A DNA stretch of 63,592 nucleotides, the filler included, from Octopus bimaculoides (taxonomy: Eukaryota): the NCBI RefSeq assembly GCF_001194135.2. It is 6 parts of 5 records of this genome, joined end to end, with 100 filler letters (N's around TTAATTAATTAA, not from the genome) between each part and the next. Parts side by side here need not be neighbours in the genome. Positions count along the whole stretch, not along the records: positions 1 to 30,093 come from NC_069001.1; positions 30,194 to 39,767 come from NC_069003.1; 4 more parts are not named here. One strand, written 5' to 3'. A program made the position numbers and the translations under genes. This document shows positions 26,094 through 39,176 of this stretch, piece after piece. The notes beneath the pieces are model-generated. The model was not told the origin of the DNA and ran no database searches. It saw nothing but the letters and a program-made list of their open reading frames with translations. How positions within the stretch are numbered: the stretch's first letter is position 1; the number at the start of each line of letters is the position of its first letter.

Positions 26094-26480
26094 GTTTTTG
26101 CTGGCACTCCGTCGCTTACGACATCGAGGGTTCCAGTTGATCCGATCAACGGAACAGCCTGCTCGTGAAATTAACGTGCAAGTGGCTGAGCACTCCACAG
26201 ACACGTGTACCCTTAACGTAGTTCTCGGGGATATTCAGCGTGACACAGAGTGTGACAAGGCTGACCCTTTGAATTACAGGCACAACAGAAACAAGAAGTA
26301 AGAGTGAGAGAAAGTTGTGGTGAAAGAGTACAGCAGGGTTCGCCACCATCCCCTGCCGGAGCCTCGTGGAGCTTTAGGTGTTTTCGCTCAATAAACACTC
26401 ACAACGCCCGGTCTGGGAATCGAAACTGCGATCCTCCGACCGCGAGTCCGCTGCCCTAACCACTGGGCCATTGTGCCTCC
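26094..26480 (-). mobile_element. Full-length SINE type A
   Basis: Reverse complement of the 7467-7853 copy with few differences; catacgtacatacatacatacat occurs on both flanks. Confidence 0.9.
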
Positions 26481-27212
26481 ACACAAGCATACGTACATAC
26501 ATACATACATATATACGTACATACATATCCCCCACGCCATTAGCAGCCCACCGGCAAATATATGAAGCATATACGTTTAGTACATGTGGTAAATGATATT
26601 TATTTTACTGGCGTTGCTTCTATTTCATATCCATGTGTATTCTTACCTATACATTTGCCCGGTTTAACCTTACACGGTTTCGATTGCCACGAGCACATCA
26701 GAGCACATATACGTTGACTGGCGAGGTAATACGCATCTGATCGTGTCGTGTACGTAATTTTGACAAGCTACGAAAATGGCAAAACATCACTGTCCATCAC
26801 TCCTAGTAACAGTCGAAGGTGATTTTTATCTCGCCTGTCCATGAAACTGAGGATTGTGCGAACGATGCTTTTAGAGAGTATGTACCCAACCTCGACAAGC
26901 AGCCCATCGAAAAATACAAGAAGCATATACGTCAAGTATATGTGGTTACTGAGACACACNNNNNNNNNNNNNNNNNNNNNNNNNNNNNNNNNNNNNNNNN
27001 NNNNNNNNNNNNNNNNNNNNNNNNNNNNNNNNNNNNNNNNNNNNNNNNNNNNNNNNNNNNNNNNNNNNNNNNNNNNNNNNNNNNNNNNNNNNNNNNNNNN
27101 NNNNNNNNNNNNNNNNNNNNNNNNNNNNNNNNNNNNNNNNNNNNNNNNNNNNNNNNNNNNNNNNNNNNNNNNNNNNNNNATATATATATATATATATATA
27201 TAGATATATATA

Positions 27213-27249
<37 letters not shown>

Positions 27250-27254
27250 TATAA

Positions 27255-27563
27255 AAGGAGCACTCCGTCGGTTACGACGACGTTGGTCATGGCTGATCCG
27301 ATCAACGGAATAGCTTGCTCGTGAAATTAACGTGCAAGTCGCTGAGCACTCAACGGACACGTGTACCCCTAACGTAGTTCTCAGGGAGATTCCGGGTGAC
27401 ACAGCGTGTGACAAGGCTGGCCGTTTGAAATACAGATGCTACTGAACTGGAGCAAGGTGAAATAAAATGTCTTGCTTAACGACATAATGCGTCGCTGAGA
27501 ATTGAACTCACGACCTTACGATCGTGACCCGTATGCCTTAACCACTAAGCTACGCGCCTTCAC
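27255..27563 (-). mobile_element. SINE type B
   Basis: Same head and tail as the 22043 copy, with a longer retained tail. Confidence 0.8.
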
Positions 27564-28289
27564 ATATATTTATAATATCATTAACATATGTATGTTTTTA
27601 TATGCGTGCGTAAATTCATATATCTCCATATAGATACACGCACACACACACACACATCTATGTTTACGCATGTATCTTGCGTTGATCAGGTTTTATGTAA
27701 TACTTTGTTGATACATTCAGCTACGAAATAGGTGAATGCACCGTTAACGTTAACCTTGAACCATAAATATGAACACTCTCAGACGCATGATGAGTGAAGG
27801 TGTAACTTTCGTTGCTTACCTAATTGTATTGATTAGCAACACAAAATATTCTCTGGCACGATAGATATGCACGTATTTAGCAAAAAACACTTTTCTGAAG
27901 ACCTACATATCTATTCTGCCAGAGAAAACTGAAGCAACGCGGAAACGAAGTGTCCTACATAAGAGTGCCACAATTTCAGCATTGAATTCACCACTTTTTG
28001 TTTATATGTTGAAAACACTATCAGGAGACTTAAGTGCTTATTCAGCAACGGTAAAAAGGGATGTTGTTACGAAGACTCGTGACCTGCTAGAAATAGAAGT
28101 CAAATTATCAAATGTTTTACTCATTGTCTTTAAAGAAGAACGCTGTTGAGATTTGGGCGATATATACATAACTGAGTCTTTAAGAAGCTTGCATTTCAAT
28201 CATGCTATTTCGGCGCTTTCGGCCAGTGTCACGTACTGAAGCTCCGGCCCGTTGAATATGCGTGTGTGTTTGTGTGTGTGTGTTTGTGT

Positions 28290-28520
28290 GTGTGTGTGTA
28301 AGTGTATGGGTGTGTGCATTTGTGTTGTCGTCCCTACTCACACAGCTTGACAGCTATTGTTCCTTTGTTTACGTCCTTGAAAGCTAGCAGTTCAGCATAA
28401 GTACTCGACACGGTTAAACACCAGACTTAATAAAAAATAAATACCGGGGTCGATTTGTATTGTGAAGTAATTCAAAGCGATGACCAAACATGGTTGCATC
28501 GCAGGGTTGAGAAAAGTAAA
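28290..28520 (+). mobile_element. SINE type C tail, diverged
   Basis: tttacgtcc...ataccggggtcgatttg...catggttgca. Confidence 0.55.
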
Positions 28521-28863
28521 GGATATACATTAATATATGTGACAGAATAGTCGTTTATGGAACATATTCGATCCTGTATCTACACGATCAGCGGTGTCTG
28601 GGATTTCACAAAAACCCAATACGAACAATGCAATAAGTACGATAACTCAGAGACAGACGTATCCTGTGATATGAAAGAGATTTGAACCGCTTCTGTTTTT
28701 TTTTCTGTCCCAAATAGAACATCAAGCGTTTCTACCCACGTTTGATTTCGTTACTTTATTTGGATAAAAGGAGAAACAAAAGAAACGAAATAAGAAGAAA
28801 AGAAAAAGCGCTATTAAAAATGTATCAGTATATATACACATACATACATTCATACATACATAC

Positions 28864-28909
<46 letters not shown>

Positions 28910-30093
28910 NNNNNNNNNNNNNNNNNNNNNNNNNNNNNNNNNNNNNNNNNNNNNNNNNNNNNNNNNNNNNNNNNNNNNNNNNNNNNNNNNNNNNNNNNNN
29001 NNNNNNNNNNNNNNNNNNNNNNNNNNNNNNNNNNNNNNNNNNNNNNNNNNNNNNNNNNNNNNNNNNNNNNNNNNNNNNNNNNNNNNNNNNNNNNNNNNNN
29101 NNNNNNNNNNNNNNNNNNNNNNNNNNNNNNNNNNNNNNNNNNNNNNNNNNATATATATATATATATACAGCTATCTATCTATCTACTTATCTATACGTAT
29201 ATATACACACACATATATATATATATATATATTTATACACGTATATGCACATATATATATATATATATGTGTGTGTGTTGTCTTGTGTGTGTTGGTGTAT
29301 ACTTGTGGGATGTATGTGTGTGTGTGTGGGAGTGATAATCAATTTATCTGGCAGATGCAAACAGTAAAAATTAAAAAGTAGATAAAAAAAACTACTACCG
29401 AAGACAAAAGATAAAAGATGTAAGAAAAAATAGAGCAACGATATATGAAGGAATTTCTTTGAGACTGTGGCGATGTGTCTATTAAACAATAAGAATCCGA
29501 ACCATTTTCGAAAGTTATCTGACATGACAATAGAAGGAAGAGAAAGCAACGAAGACGTGTGTCGATCGCTAACGCATTGACCCGATTCTTAGATGACCAA
29601 ATAGAAATAGACTTATGTTGAGCGGATTTTCAACAAGAAAATTAGAATGTACAAACATTGGACTCGAATGTCCAGCAACAGAACACATATTTGATGTCTT
29701 TGTTTAACAACCGTCTCTCTATTTGGAGTCTATCCAGATCAATCATTTGAAGTAAAAACCAGGATATATGTGTATGTATGTATGTATGTATGTATGTAGG
29801 TATGTAGGTATGTATGTATGTGTATGTTTGTGCACGCGTGCGTTAGTATATGGATATAGTATGTATACACACACGCACAGAGAAACACATACACAAACAT
29901 ATACTCATACATATTTGTATGTCTCTACGTGTGAGTGTGGGTACGTGTCTTTGTACTTATATGCGTATATGTATATAGATGTATGTGTGTGCGTATGTAT
30001 ATATGTATATACATATACATATATATAAACACATACATACACACACACACATATATATGTATGTATATACACACGTGTATATGGATCTCAGTG

Positions 30094-30193
30094 NNNNNNN
30101 NNNNNNNNNNNNNNNNNNNNNNNNNNNNNNNNNNNNNTTAATTAATTAANNNNNNNNNNNNNNNNNNNNNNNNNNNNNNNNNNNNNNNNNNNN
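30094..30193. other. Artificial scaffold linker N44-TTAATTAATTAA-N44
   Basis: Exactly 100 bp; the 12-mer at 30138-30149 gives stops in all frames. Confidence 0.95.
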
Positions 30194-30228
<35 letters not shown>

Positions 30229-30265
30229 ATCTATCTATCTTTCTATCCATCTGTCTATCCATCTG

Positions 30266-30340
<75 letters not shown>
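30194..30340. repeat. (TCTA)n microsatellite
   Basis: Directly visible. Confidence 0.95.
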
Positions 30341-30342
<2 letters not shown>

Positions 30343-31011
30343 TGTTGGGTCTTGGGAGAGTCCTTACGTGAATATTAATGACCCACGCATCAGTGTAATT
30401 CCACTCCTTTGTTATTAGCGAAATGGTTAAGTTGTGGAGTAAAACTGAACCGAAATTGAACCGGTGTGTGTGTTGTTAATATTGAGGTATTGACCTTCCG
30501 AAGTCACAACAAAACTTGTTTCAAGACACGAATTCACATAAAGCAACCTTCAAACCAAATACAAAAAACGATGTATGTATGTATGTATGTATGTATGTCA
30601 TTGTTCAGTTTTATTTCAAGATTTCTTGCCAAGAGAAAGAGCCGGTTTCTAACCTAGATCCAAGGCTCCGTATGCATGTACGTATGTATGTATGTATGTA
30701 TGTATGTATGTATGCCTGCTTGTATATATGTATACATGTATCTATGCATGTATGTATGTGTGCAAATATATTTATATGCCACTGAATATATCTCTATGTG
30801 TTTGTATGATATATATGATAAAGAAATGCACGTGTATAAATATATATAAATATTTATGTAAATTTATGTATATAAGTATATGTATATATGAATATCTATC
30901 GATATAACACATAAACAGAGCCTGAAAGAATGCTTTAAGATACATGACGTATTTTATAAATATGCCTGTTCAAGTATCATAAAAGCACGAAACTATAAGT
31001 AGCTCTTTTGG

Positions 31012-31079
<68 letters not shown>

Positions 31080-31254
31080 ATGTATACGTATATGTGTGTG
31101 TGTATATATGTATATGTATTTCTTTCTCTCTATATGTATACCTGTATGTATATGTGTATAGACATATGTATATTTATATCTATCGATTTGTCTGTCTGTC
31201 TGTCTGTCTGCCTGTCTAGGTGAGTTTCTTTCAGTTTCTCTCTATGATAGTCAC

Positions 31255-31490
31255 TCACAAGGCTGTAGTTCACCCGAGACTACTGCAGAATATACCTGCC
31301 CAAGGTGTCACACTGTGGGACTGAACTCGAAGCCATGTGGTTGAGAAACGGACTTCTTACTTCACAACCAATTCTATGCATACATACTTTCACACACACA
31401 CACACACAAACACATATATAATAGACGCAGGCGTGGCTGTGTGGCGAGAAGCTTGCTTCCCAACCACATGGCTCCCGGTTCAGTTCCATT
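31255..31490. mobile_element. Head-to-head SINE type C pieces (31255-31375 minus, 31428-31490 plus)
   Basis: The minus copy has cccaaggtgtcacactgtgggactgaactcg; the plus copy has gcaggcgtggctgtgtggcgagaagcttgcttcccaaccacatgg. Confidence 0.75.
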
Positions 31491-31511
31491 TGCAGAAGAA
31501 TTTGTGGTGAG

Positions 31512-31590
31512 GGCTGTTGAGCTAAATGGTTTAGAGCACCGCGACGCGTAATCATCGAGGTGTGAGTTCGAGTCTCATAGCCGGCCGCCA
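31512..31590 (+). tRNA. Degenerate tRNA-like sequence (pseudo-tRNA or SINE head; Met/Thr-like anticodon loop)
   Basis: Box A-like GAGCTAAATGGTTTAGAGC, T-arm GTGAG-TTCGAGT-CTCAT, imperfect acceptor stem GGCTGTT/GCCGGCC, then G-CCA, and a T6 run at 31595-31600. The anticodon stem is broken (loop CGCGTAA). Confidence 0.55.
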
Positions 31591-31632
31591 ACACTTTTTT
31601 CTGCAAAATAAGGGTAGCTTATCCTGTTTAGG

Positions 31633-31704
<72 letters not shown>

Positions 31705-31921
31705 GATAGATATATAGATAGATACATACATGCATACATATATATATCTACATATATATGTATACATATGTGTGTGCGTATATATATAAATATATATATA
31801 CACATACACACACATATACATACACACACATAAATGTATACACATGGGTACGCAACTGTATAAGTTACCAGATTAGTGTTTTAGATTGCGTTCGTTGATA
31901 TTTACTTAAAGTTATGTGTGT

Positions 31922-31958
<37 letters not shown>

Positions 31959-32331
31959 TGTATGTGTGTGTGTGTGTGTGTGTGTGTAGAAACGTATATG
32001 TATGCACATACATATTTACATGTATATATATATATATATGTGTGTATGTGTATGTGTGTGTGTGTGCGTCTATGTTTGTATGTTGTTTCTTAGTGCTGAT
32101 ATATATACTATATGTTGTTGATGTTGTTTTTGTCGTAGATTTTCTTATCATTGCTGAAGAATTTGGGGTGGGGGGTGAGGTGGGGTGGCAGCTGCTTCTT
32201 TTGCTGTTGTTGTTGTTGTTGTTGTCGTTGGTGGTGGTGGTGCTGCTGCTGCGGTAATATACTATCTTCTTGGCAAAAGCGGCTCCCCTGATTAATACCT
32301 GAATCGGTAACACAGCTAGACAAGATGTTGT

Positions 32332-32373
<42 letters not shown>

Positions 32374-32434
32374 CACACTTGCTGCTGTACGTCGAGATTA
32401 TATCAAAATCTTCGACGCATATCAGTTATCTACC

Positions 32435-32470
<36 letters not shown>

Positions 32471-32480
32471 AATTTGTTTG

Positions 32481-32587
<107 letters not shown>

Positions 32588-33254
32588 ATCTACCTACCTA
32601 CATATATATAGATATATATATATATATATATATACGTGTGATCACGTGATCACGTGACCGCGCATGCCATCAGATGTTAAATACCGCTGGTCACAATGCG
32701 CTTTTTGCATTGATTTTACTCTTCAAATGACGCCGCTAATAGAGCAGGAAACTATACAACAGATGTGTTCAAACGAAAGAGCTATGTGAAATGAATCTTA
32801 TGGCGAAAAACCTTGTCAAAAAATATTTGCTTAAAAAAATTGGTGTGCCGTTAAGTGATGTAAAGGCGATCATTTTAACACGTCTTGTCATTCTAAGAAG
32901 TTTACCATTATAGAACGACAACAGTGATGTCAGAGCTCGCTGAACTTAATAGTACAATCATGCGTAGTTGACGTTTGGCATGTTAGTATTCGATCGTCGA
33001 TAGTGGCTTGTTAGCCATTTTCCCCCGTTTTCTAACGGTATTTAGTCCATATCTTCAGCTCTTTTCACAGCTATTCTGTGTCCGAGATTCAGTTTAGATG
33101 GAAGAGTTCTGAGTGGAATCTTATGGTGAAAAATATGTGACAAAATATTAGGTACGAAAACTGCTGTTTGGTTTGCAATGACGAAAAAACAAAAGAAATC
33201 AAAATACTTTTGTCTTTTGTCTTTTTAAGTTCATCCAGTCGAATATTTTGGAGA

Positions 33255-33450
33255 AAGCCTCCCATCTTAAAATATTCTTTTCTACTCTAGGCACAAGGCC
33301 CGAAATTTTGGAGGAAGGGGCCCAGTTGATTACATCGATTCCAGTATGCAACTGGTACTTAGTTTATCGACTCCGAAAGGATGAAAAGGAAAGACGACCT
33401 CGGCGGAATTTGAACTCAGAACGTAAAGACAAACGAAATACCGCTAAGCA
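33255..33450 (-). mobile_element. SINE type D with CpGs intact
   Basis: ggcacaaggcccgaaattttgg...actggtactt...tttatcgactccgaaaggatgaaag...cggcggaatttgaactcagaacg. Confidence 0.85.
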
Positions 33451-33454
33451 TTTC

Positions 33455-33565
33455 ACACACACGCACACGCACACGCACACGTACGTACATGCACACACAC
33501 GTACGTACACGCACACAAACACGTACGTACACGCACACACACGTACGTACACGCACACGCACTTG
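33455..33565. repeat. Tandem repeat of about 20 bp, about 4 copies
   Basis: Unit acacgtacgtacacgcacac. Confidence 0.8.
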
Positions 33566-33804
33566 TCAGCGTGACGCAACAGTCGTACACACGTGCGTTT
33601 TTTGGTTCACCATTTTCACTTCTGTCTTTTCGCCTTGTCTCTCCTTACTTTCAGAACAGTGTAAACTCCAAACGTAAAAGATATTTCCTTCCTTCTTATT
33701 TTCCCATGTCCCGTGGGTCAACCAGACGTACTGTGGTTCATTTAAAATCTCGTGCTTTCGTTACAGTTTTCTCCTATACATACATACATACATACATACA
33801 TACA

Positions 33805-33837
<33 letters not shown>

Positions 33838-33858
33838 GTGTGCGTGTGTGTGTGTGTG

Positions 33859-33892
<34 letters not shown>

Positions 33893-34989
33893 TATATATA
33901 ATAATAATATAGATTTAATCAAAAGATTAAATGTGGTACTTAAAATGTTTGAGGCACCAGAATTTGGTAGGGTAAAAACCAAAAACAGAATCAAGAGATT
34001 TGGTGAATAAAATTTGAAGAAAATCAACAAAAATNNNNNNNNNNNNNNNNNNNNNNNNNNNNNNNNNNNNNNNNNNNNNNNNNNNNNNNNNNNNNNNNNN
34101 NNNNNNNNNNNNNNNNNNNNNNNNNNNNNNNNNNNNNNNNNNNNNNNNNNNNNNNNNNNNNNNNNNNNNNNNNNNNNNNNNNNNNNNNNNNNNNNNNNNN
34201 NNNNNNNNNNNNNNNNNNNNNNNNNNNNNNNNNNNNNNNNNNNNNNNNNNNNNNNNNNNNNNNNNNNNNNNNNNNNNNNNNNNNNNNNNNNNNNNNNNNN
34301 NNNNNNNNNNNNNNNNNNNNNNNNNNNNNNNNNNNNNNNNNNNNNNNNNNNNNNNNNNNNNNNNNNNNNNNNNNNNNNNNNNNNNNNNNNNNNNNNNNNN
34401 NNNNNNNNNNNNNNNNNNNNNNNNNNNNNNNNNNNNNNNNNNNNNNNNNNNNNNNNNNNNNNNNNNNNNNNNNNNNNNNNNNNNNNNNNNNNNNNNNNNN
34501 NNNNNNNNNNNNNNNNNNNNNNNNNNNNNNNNNNNNNNNNNNNNNNNNNNNNNNNNNNNNNNNNNNNNNNNNNNNNNNNNNNNNNNNNNNNNNTATATAT
34601 ATATACATATACATACATATATATTGAAACTTAGCTGAAAAGCAAATTTCCATCTGTGTCATTATCACATTTACAGATGGTTCTTTAGAATTGGACTGGA
34701 ACAACACCTACACACAGATTCTACAGAGATCTTCTAAATAGACCAAGATTTATTATACAATAAATCCGGCATTGATCTTAGAGAAAGTTGTTGGATGGAA
34801 GGGGTCTAGTTATTGTGTGGGGGTCAGTTTTAGACGATCGCTACCAATGTAGTCTTTGTCTTGTAAAATCGATTTTAAAATACCTATTTCTGGCACGGAA
34901 TAAACCGGGAGTCTTTTGCCAAGAAGCAAACGAAAAGATGCATTAACGAAGACAACGTAAATATGGACATACACACTTAAAAGTATTGA

Positions 34990-35247
34990 TTAACCGAGTG
35001 GCTGAGTGACTGATTGACTAACTGATTGACTAATTAACCGATTGACTGACTGTTATTGACTGACTGGTTGATTGACTGATTGTGATTGATTGACTGGTTG
35101 GTTGACTGATTGTGATTGATTGACTGGTTGACGGAATCGCTAATTGACTCCATTCACATTCTATTTATCTGTCTGTCTGTCTGTCTGTCCGTCCATCTGC
35201 CTGTCTGTCTGTCTGCCTGTCCGTCCCAACGTTCGACCGTCTGCCTG

Positions 35248-35310
<63 letters not shown>

Positions 35311-35327
35311 GCACACACATACATCTA

Positions 35328-35359
<32 letters not shown>

Positions 35360-35464
35360 CCTGCCTGTCCGCGCGTCTGTCTGTCTATCTATCTATCTAT
35401 CTATCTATCTATGTCTGTAATGTATGTATACACACACTCACACACACACACACTCACGCACTCA

Positions 35465-35500
<36 letters not shown>
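34990..35500. repeat. (TGAC/TGAT)n, (TCTG)n, (TCTA)n and (CA)n compound block
   Basis: Directly visible. Confidence 0.9.
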
Positions 35501-35505
<5 letters not shown>

Positions 35506-36369
35506 CCCAGAGAGCATTTGCAAAGCNNNNNNNNNNNNNNNNNNNNNNNNNNNNNNNNNNNNNNNNNNNNNNNNNNNNNNNNNNNNNNNNNNNNNNNNNN
35601 NNNNNNNNNNNNNNNNNNNNNNNNNNNNNNNNNNNNNNNNNNNNNNNNNNNNNNNNNNNNNNNNNNNNNNNNNNNNNNNNNNNNNNNNNNNNNNNNNNNN
35701 NNNNNNNNNNNNNNNNNNNNNNNNNNNNNNNNNNNNNNNNNNNNNNNNNNNNNNNNNNNNNNNNNNNNNNNNNNNNNNNNNNNNNNNNNNNNNNNNNNNN
35801 NNNNNNNNNNNNNNNNNNNNNNNNNNNNNNNNNNNNNNNNNNNNNNNNNNNNNNNNNNNNNNNNNNNNNNNNNNNNNNNNNNNNNNNNNNNNNNNNNNNN
35901 NNNNNNNNNNNNNNNNNNNNNNNNNNNNNNNNNNNNNNNNNNNNNNNNNNNNNNNNNNNNNNNNNNNNNNNNNNNNNNNNNNNNNNNNNNNNNNNNNNNN
36001 NNNNNNNNNNNNNNNNNNNNNNNNNNNNNNNNNNNNNNNNNNNNNNNNNNNNNNNNNNNNNNNNNNNNNNNNNNNNNNNNNNNNNNNNNNNNNNNNNNNN
36101 NNNNNNNNNNNNNNNNNNNNNNNNNNNNNNNNNNNNNNNNNNNNNNNNNNNNNNNNNNNNNNNNNNNNNNNNNNNNNNNNNNNNNNNNNNNNNNNNNNNN
36201 NNNNNNNNNNNNNNNNNNNNNNNNNNNNNNNNNNNNNNNNNNNNNNNNNNNNNNNNNNNNNNNNNNNNNNNNNNNNNNNNNNNNNNNNNNNNNNNNNNNN
36301 NNNNNNNNNNNNNNNNNNNNNNNNNNNNNNNNNNNNNNNNNNNNNNNNNNNNNNNNNNNNNNNNNNNNN

Positions 36370-36417
<48 letters not shown>

Positions 36418-36762
36418 TGTGAGAAGAATGGTGAGATGAACAGAGAAATACAGTTAAGTAAATAGACGAGCAGAGAGACAAAAGTCCTATGCAGACTGAC
36501 AGACACACAGCTAGCTAAATCACGCCTGCGTACACATGCGCACAGACACATACGCAATATATGTCCCCACTTAAAGGCACGCATGCATGAACAAACACAC
36601 ACACAGACACACACACACGAACACACAGAAGCAGTTCTTCACAGCAGACATTATCGTTTGTAATGGAAAAAAGTACTCGCGAAGAAACGGTGCTATGTCA
36701 ATGACTTAGACTCCGAACGGTTGAATAGAACACATATGAGATATAGCTCTCCTAAAGGTATA

Positions 36763-37530
36763 GGCGCAGGAGTGGCTATGTGGCAAGAAGCTTGCTTCCC
36801 AACCACATGGTTCCGGGTTTAGTCCCACTGCGTGGCACCTTGGGCAAGTGTCTTCTACTATTGCCTCTGGCCGACCAAAGCCTTGTGACTGGATTTAGCA
36901 GACGGAAACTGAAAGAAGCTCGTCGTATATATGTATATGTATGTGTTTGTGTGTCNNNNNNNNNNNNNNNNNNNNNNNNNNNNNNNNNNNNNNNNNNNNN
37001 NNNNNNNNNNNNNNNNNNNNNNNNNNNNNNNNNNNNNNNNNNNNNNNNNNNNNNNNNNNNNNNNNNNNNNNNNNNNNNNNNNNNNNNNNNNNNNNNNNNN
37101 NNNNNNNNNNNNNNNNNNNNNNNNNNNNNNNNNNNNNNNNNNNNNNNNNNNNNNNNNNNNNNNNNNNNNNNNNNNNNNNNNNNNNNNNNNNNNNNNNNNN
37201 NNNNNNNNNNNNNNNNNNNNTATATATTACAATTAAAATGGTAAAGGTTTATCAATTTATTAATTTATTAATAAATTAATCATTTTTACCAAGCCCTTCG
37301 GTTATATATATGTATATGTATGTGTTTGTGTGTCTGTGTGTGTATGTGTTTGTGTGTCCCCCCACCATCGCATGACAATCCCCGTAACTTAGCCGTTCGG
37401 CAAAAGCGACCGGACAAAATAAGTACTAGGCTAGGCTTACAGAAAATAAGTCCTGGGGTCGACTAAAGGCGGTGTTCCAGCTTGACCGCAGTCAAATGAC
37501 TGAAACAAGTAAAAGAAAGAATAAAAGAAA
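36763..37530 (+). mobile_element. SINE type C (tRNA head, internal TG/TA microsatellite, tail), interrupted by a gap
   Basis: Head ggcgcaggagtggctatgtggcaagaagcttgcttcccaaccacatggttccggg, core gcaccttgggcaagtgtcttct, tail cccgtaacttagc...aataagtcctggggtcga...gaaacaagtaaaaga. Confidence 0.85.
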
Positions 37531-38889
37531 TACACCCCCCACACACATACACACGCATGTACGCGCACACACACACATACTATTTCACGTTCATTTTCAC
37601 ATACATTCCTTCCTTGTGGTCTCATCTATTTCCTTGTCAAATTGCAACGATTATCGAAATTTCCGCTGCAAGGAAATTGAACATTCCGTCTTACGCCCCG
37701 ATCCATCTCACTGTAAATATTTGGAACATTACTCAACGAAAGGGATTCATGATGATCCGTTTTTTTTCCTTTTTCAACTTACTCTATGTCTCTTAATAAA
37801 ATGGAGGGGCATAGAAGGTGTCTAAATATTCCTGAACTCGCAGATCTTCTTCATGCAGAAGGGAAGATCAAGTTGTACCATGCATATAGTACCAAGTACA
37901 ACAGATGTACCTTGTGTCTACCTAACACCTGCAGGTTTGTAGTCCTCAATGAACTAAGTCTGATATAATATGACAGGATGGTCACAGCTAGAAGGCCTCT
38001 GATGATAAGTCTTCTCCCTCAACGTTGACCTAGAGCTAAAACAACAGCAACAATAACATGGGGCTGTCCGCGTGAAGGAGGGAACCTCTACATGGTTGTC
38101 CTACTAACTAGAGATAGCAGCCATATCTCTTTCAAATCTTTCTTCCTTGTCTCAAAGAAGAAAAGAAAGTACACACACTGTATGACATAGTCGAAGATAT
38201 TCTCCAAGAGACAAGATGGTCACGGTTAGAATGCTTTTGATCTTAGGTTTGCTCAATGACTAGTGGCCGAGGAGAGAAAGAGGGCAAGATGCCATTGAAA
38301 ACGAAATAAATGGAATATTGTTCAGTCGTGTAAAGAAGGTTGTAGAAGATGAAGAGACATTTGGTAGAAGAGAGGCAAGTTTTCGCACGCCTTTAGTTAC
38401 ACGCTGATGTTATCAAGTGTAACAGACTGGGTTCTGTTCCTCGGTATTTCAACAAGGAAATGTCGAAAATTGGTTCATAATATAAAGACTGCTTTTTAAA
38501 AAGTATGTAACACAGAGAACGATTGTTGTTGCTGTTACTGCTGTTGTCGTTTAACCGCAGGTCTGATTTGCGTGTGTAGATCCATGATCCATGACATTCC
38601 TGCTTCTTTTTTTTTTTTGTTTCAAGGGGTATTAAGTAGGGTTACTTTACCTCACTTGTCCTTTCGATATTTAAGGGAGAAAATTACTCCTGATTGTTTG
38701 GAAATCCAAGTCTTTCGCTCTCCTTCTCCATACATACGTACATACATACATATATGCATTCATGCATATTTGTGTGATTGTATGTATGTATATATGTACG
38801 TACGTATGTTCAATATTGTTGAAAACTCCATAGCCTTGATAAATAAACACTTCGCACACTAATCATCGACAGAGAAAACTTTTGAACAG

Positions 38890-39176
38890 AAATAACCTTC
38901 AACTGCGTCATTGCTGTAACAACATTACGCAAAATTTAACTACAAGTATACTATCTAAATCAGACGAGGTTAACTGCATATTCCAAAATACCAGTGAATG
39001 CAGAGCCGAAACAATTATTTGTGATGCAGAAATCGCGGCCACCAAATTAAATCTAAACATTGCAAGCAAACGCTACGTAATTATGGTGGAAGATAAATCT
39101 AAACAACAATACTTCAGTCAAATGTGCTCCTTTACAAATTTAAAAAAGAGGAATACAATACACTGTTCAATCTTAC
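38890..39176 (+). CDS. Candidate coding exon, Cys-rich extracellular-type segment, family unknown
   Basis: About 96 aa of non-repetitive stop-free frame (NNLQLRHCCNNITQNLTTSILSKSDEVNCIFQNTSECRAETIIC...QMCSFTNLKKRNTIHCSIL) with 7 Cys and NIT/NLT/NTS sequons. Possible acceptor ttttgaacAG at 38889 (alternative gacAG at 38872) and phase-1 donor C|GTaggg at 39177. No recognised domain. Confidence 0.42.

Noticed and set aside
30138-30149. Conserved TTAATTAATTAA motif as a regulatory or piggyBac-type site
   Set aside because: Always centred in exactly 88 N, so it is a synthetic linker.
32638-32760. Tandem CACGTG E-boxes (GTGATCACGTGATCACGTGAC) as a promoter
   Set aside because: It sits at the end of a microsatellite and resembles the end of a dispersed repeat as I recall it; no TSS or exon evidence.
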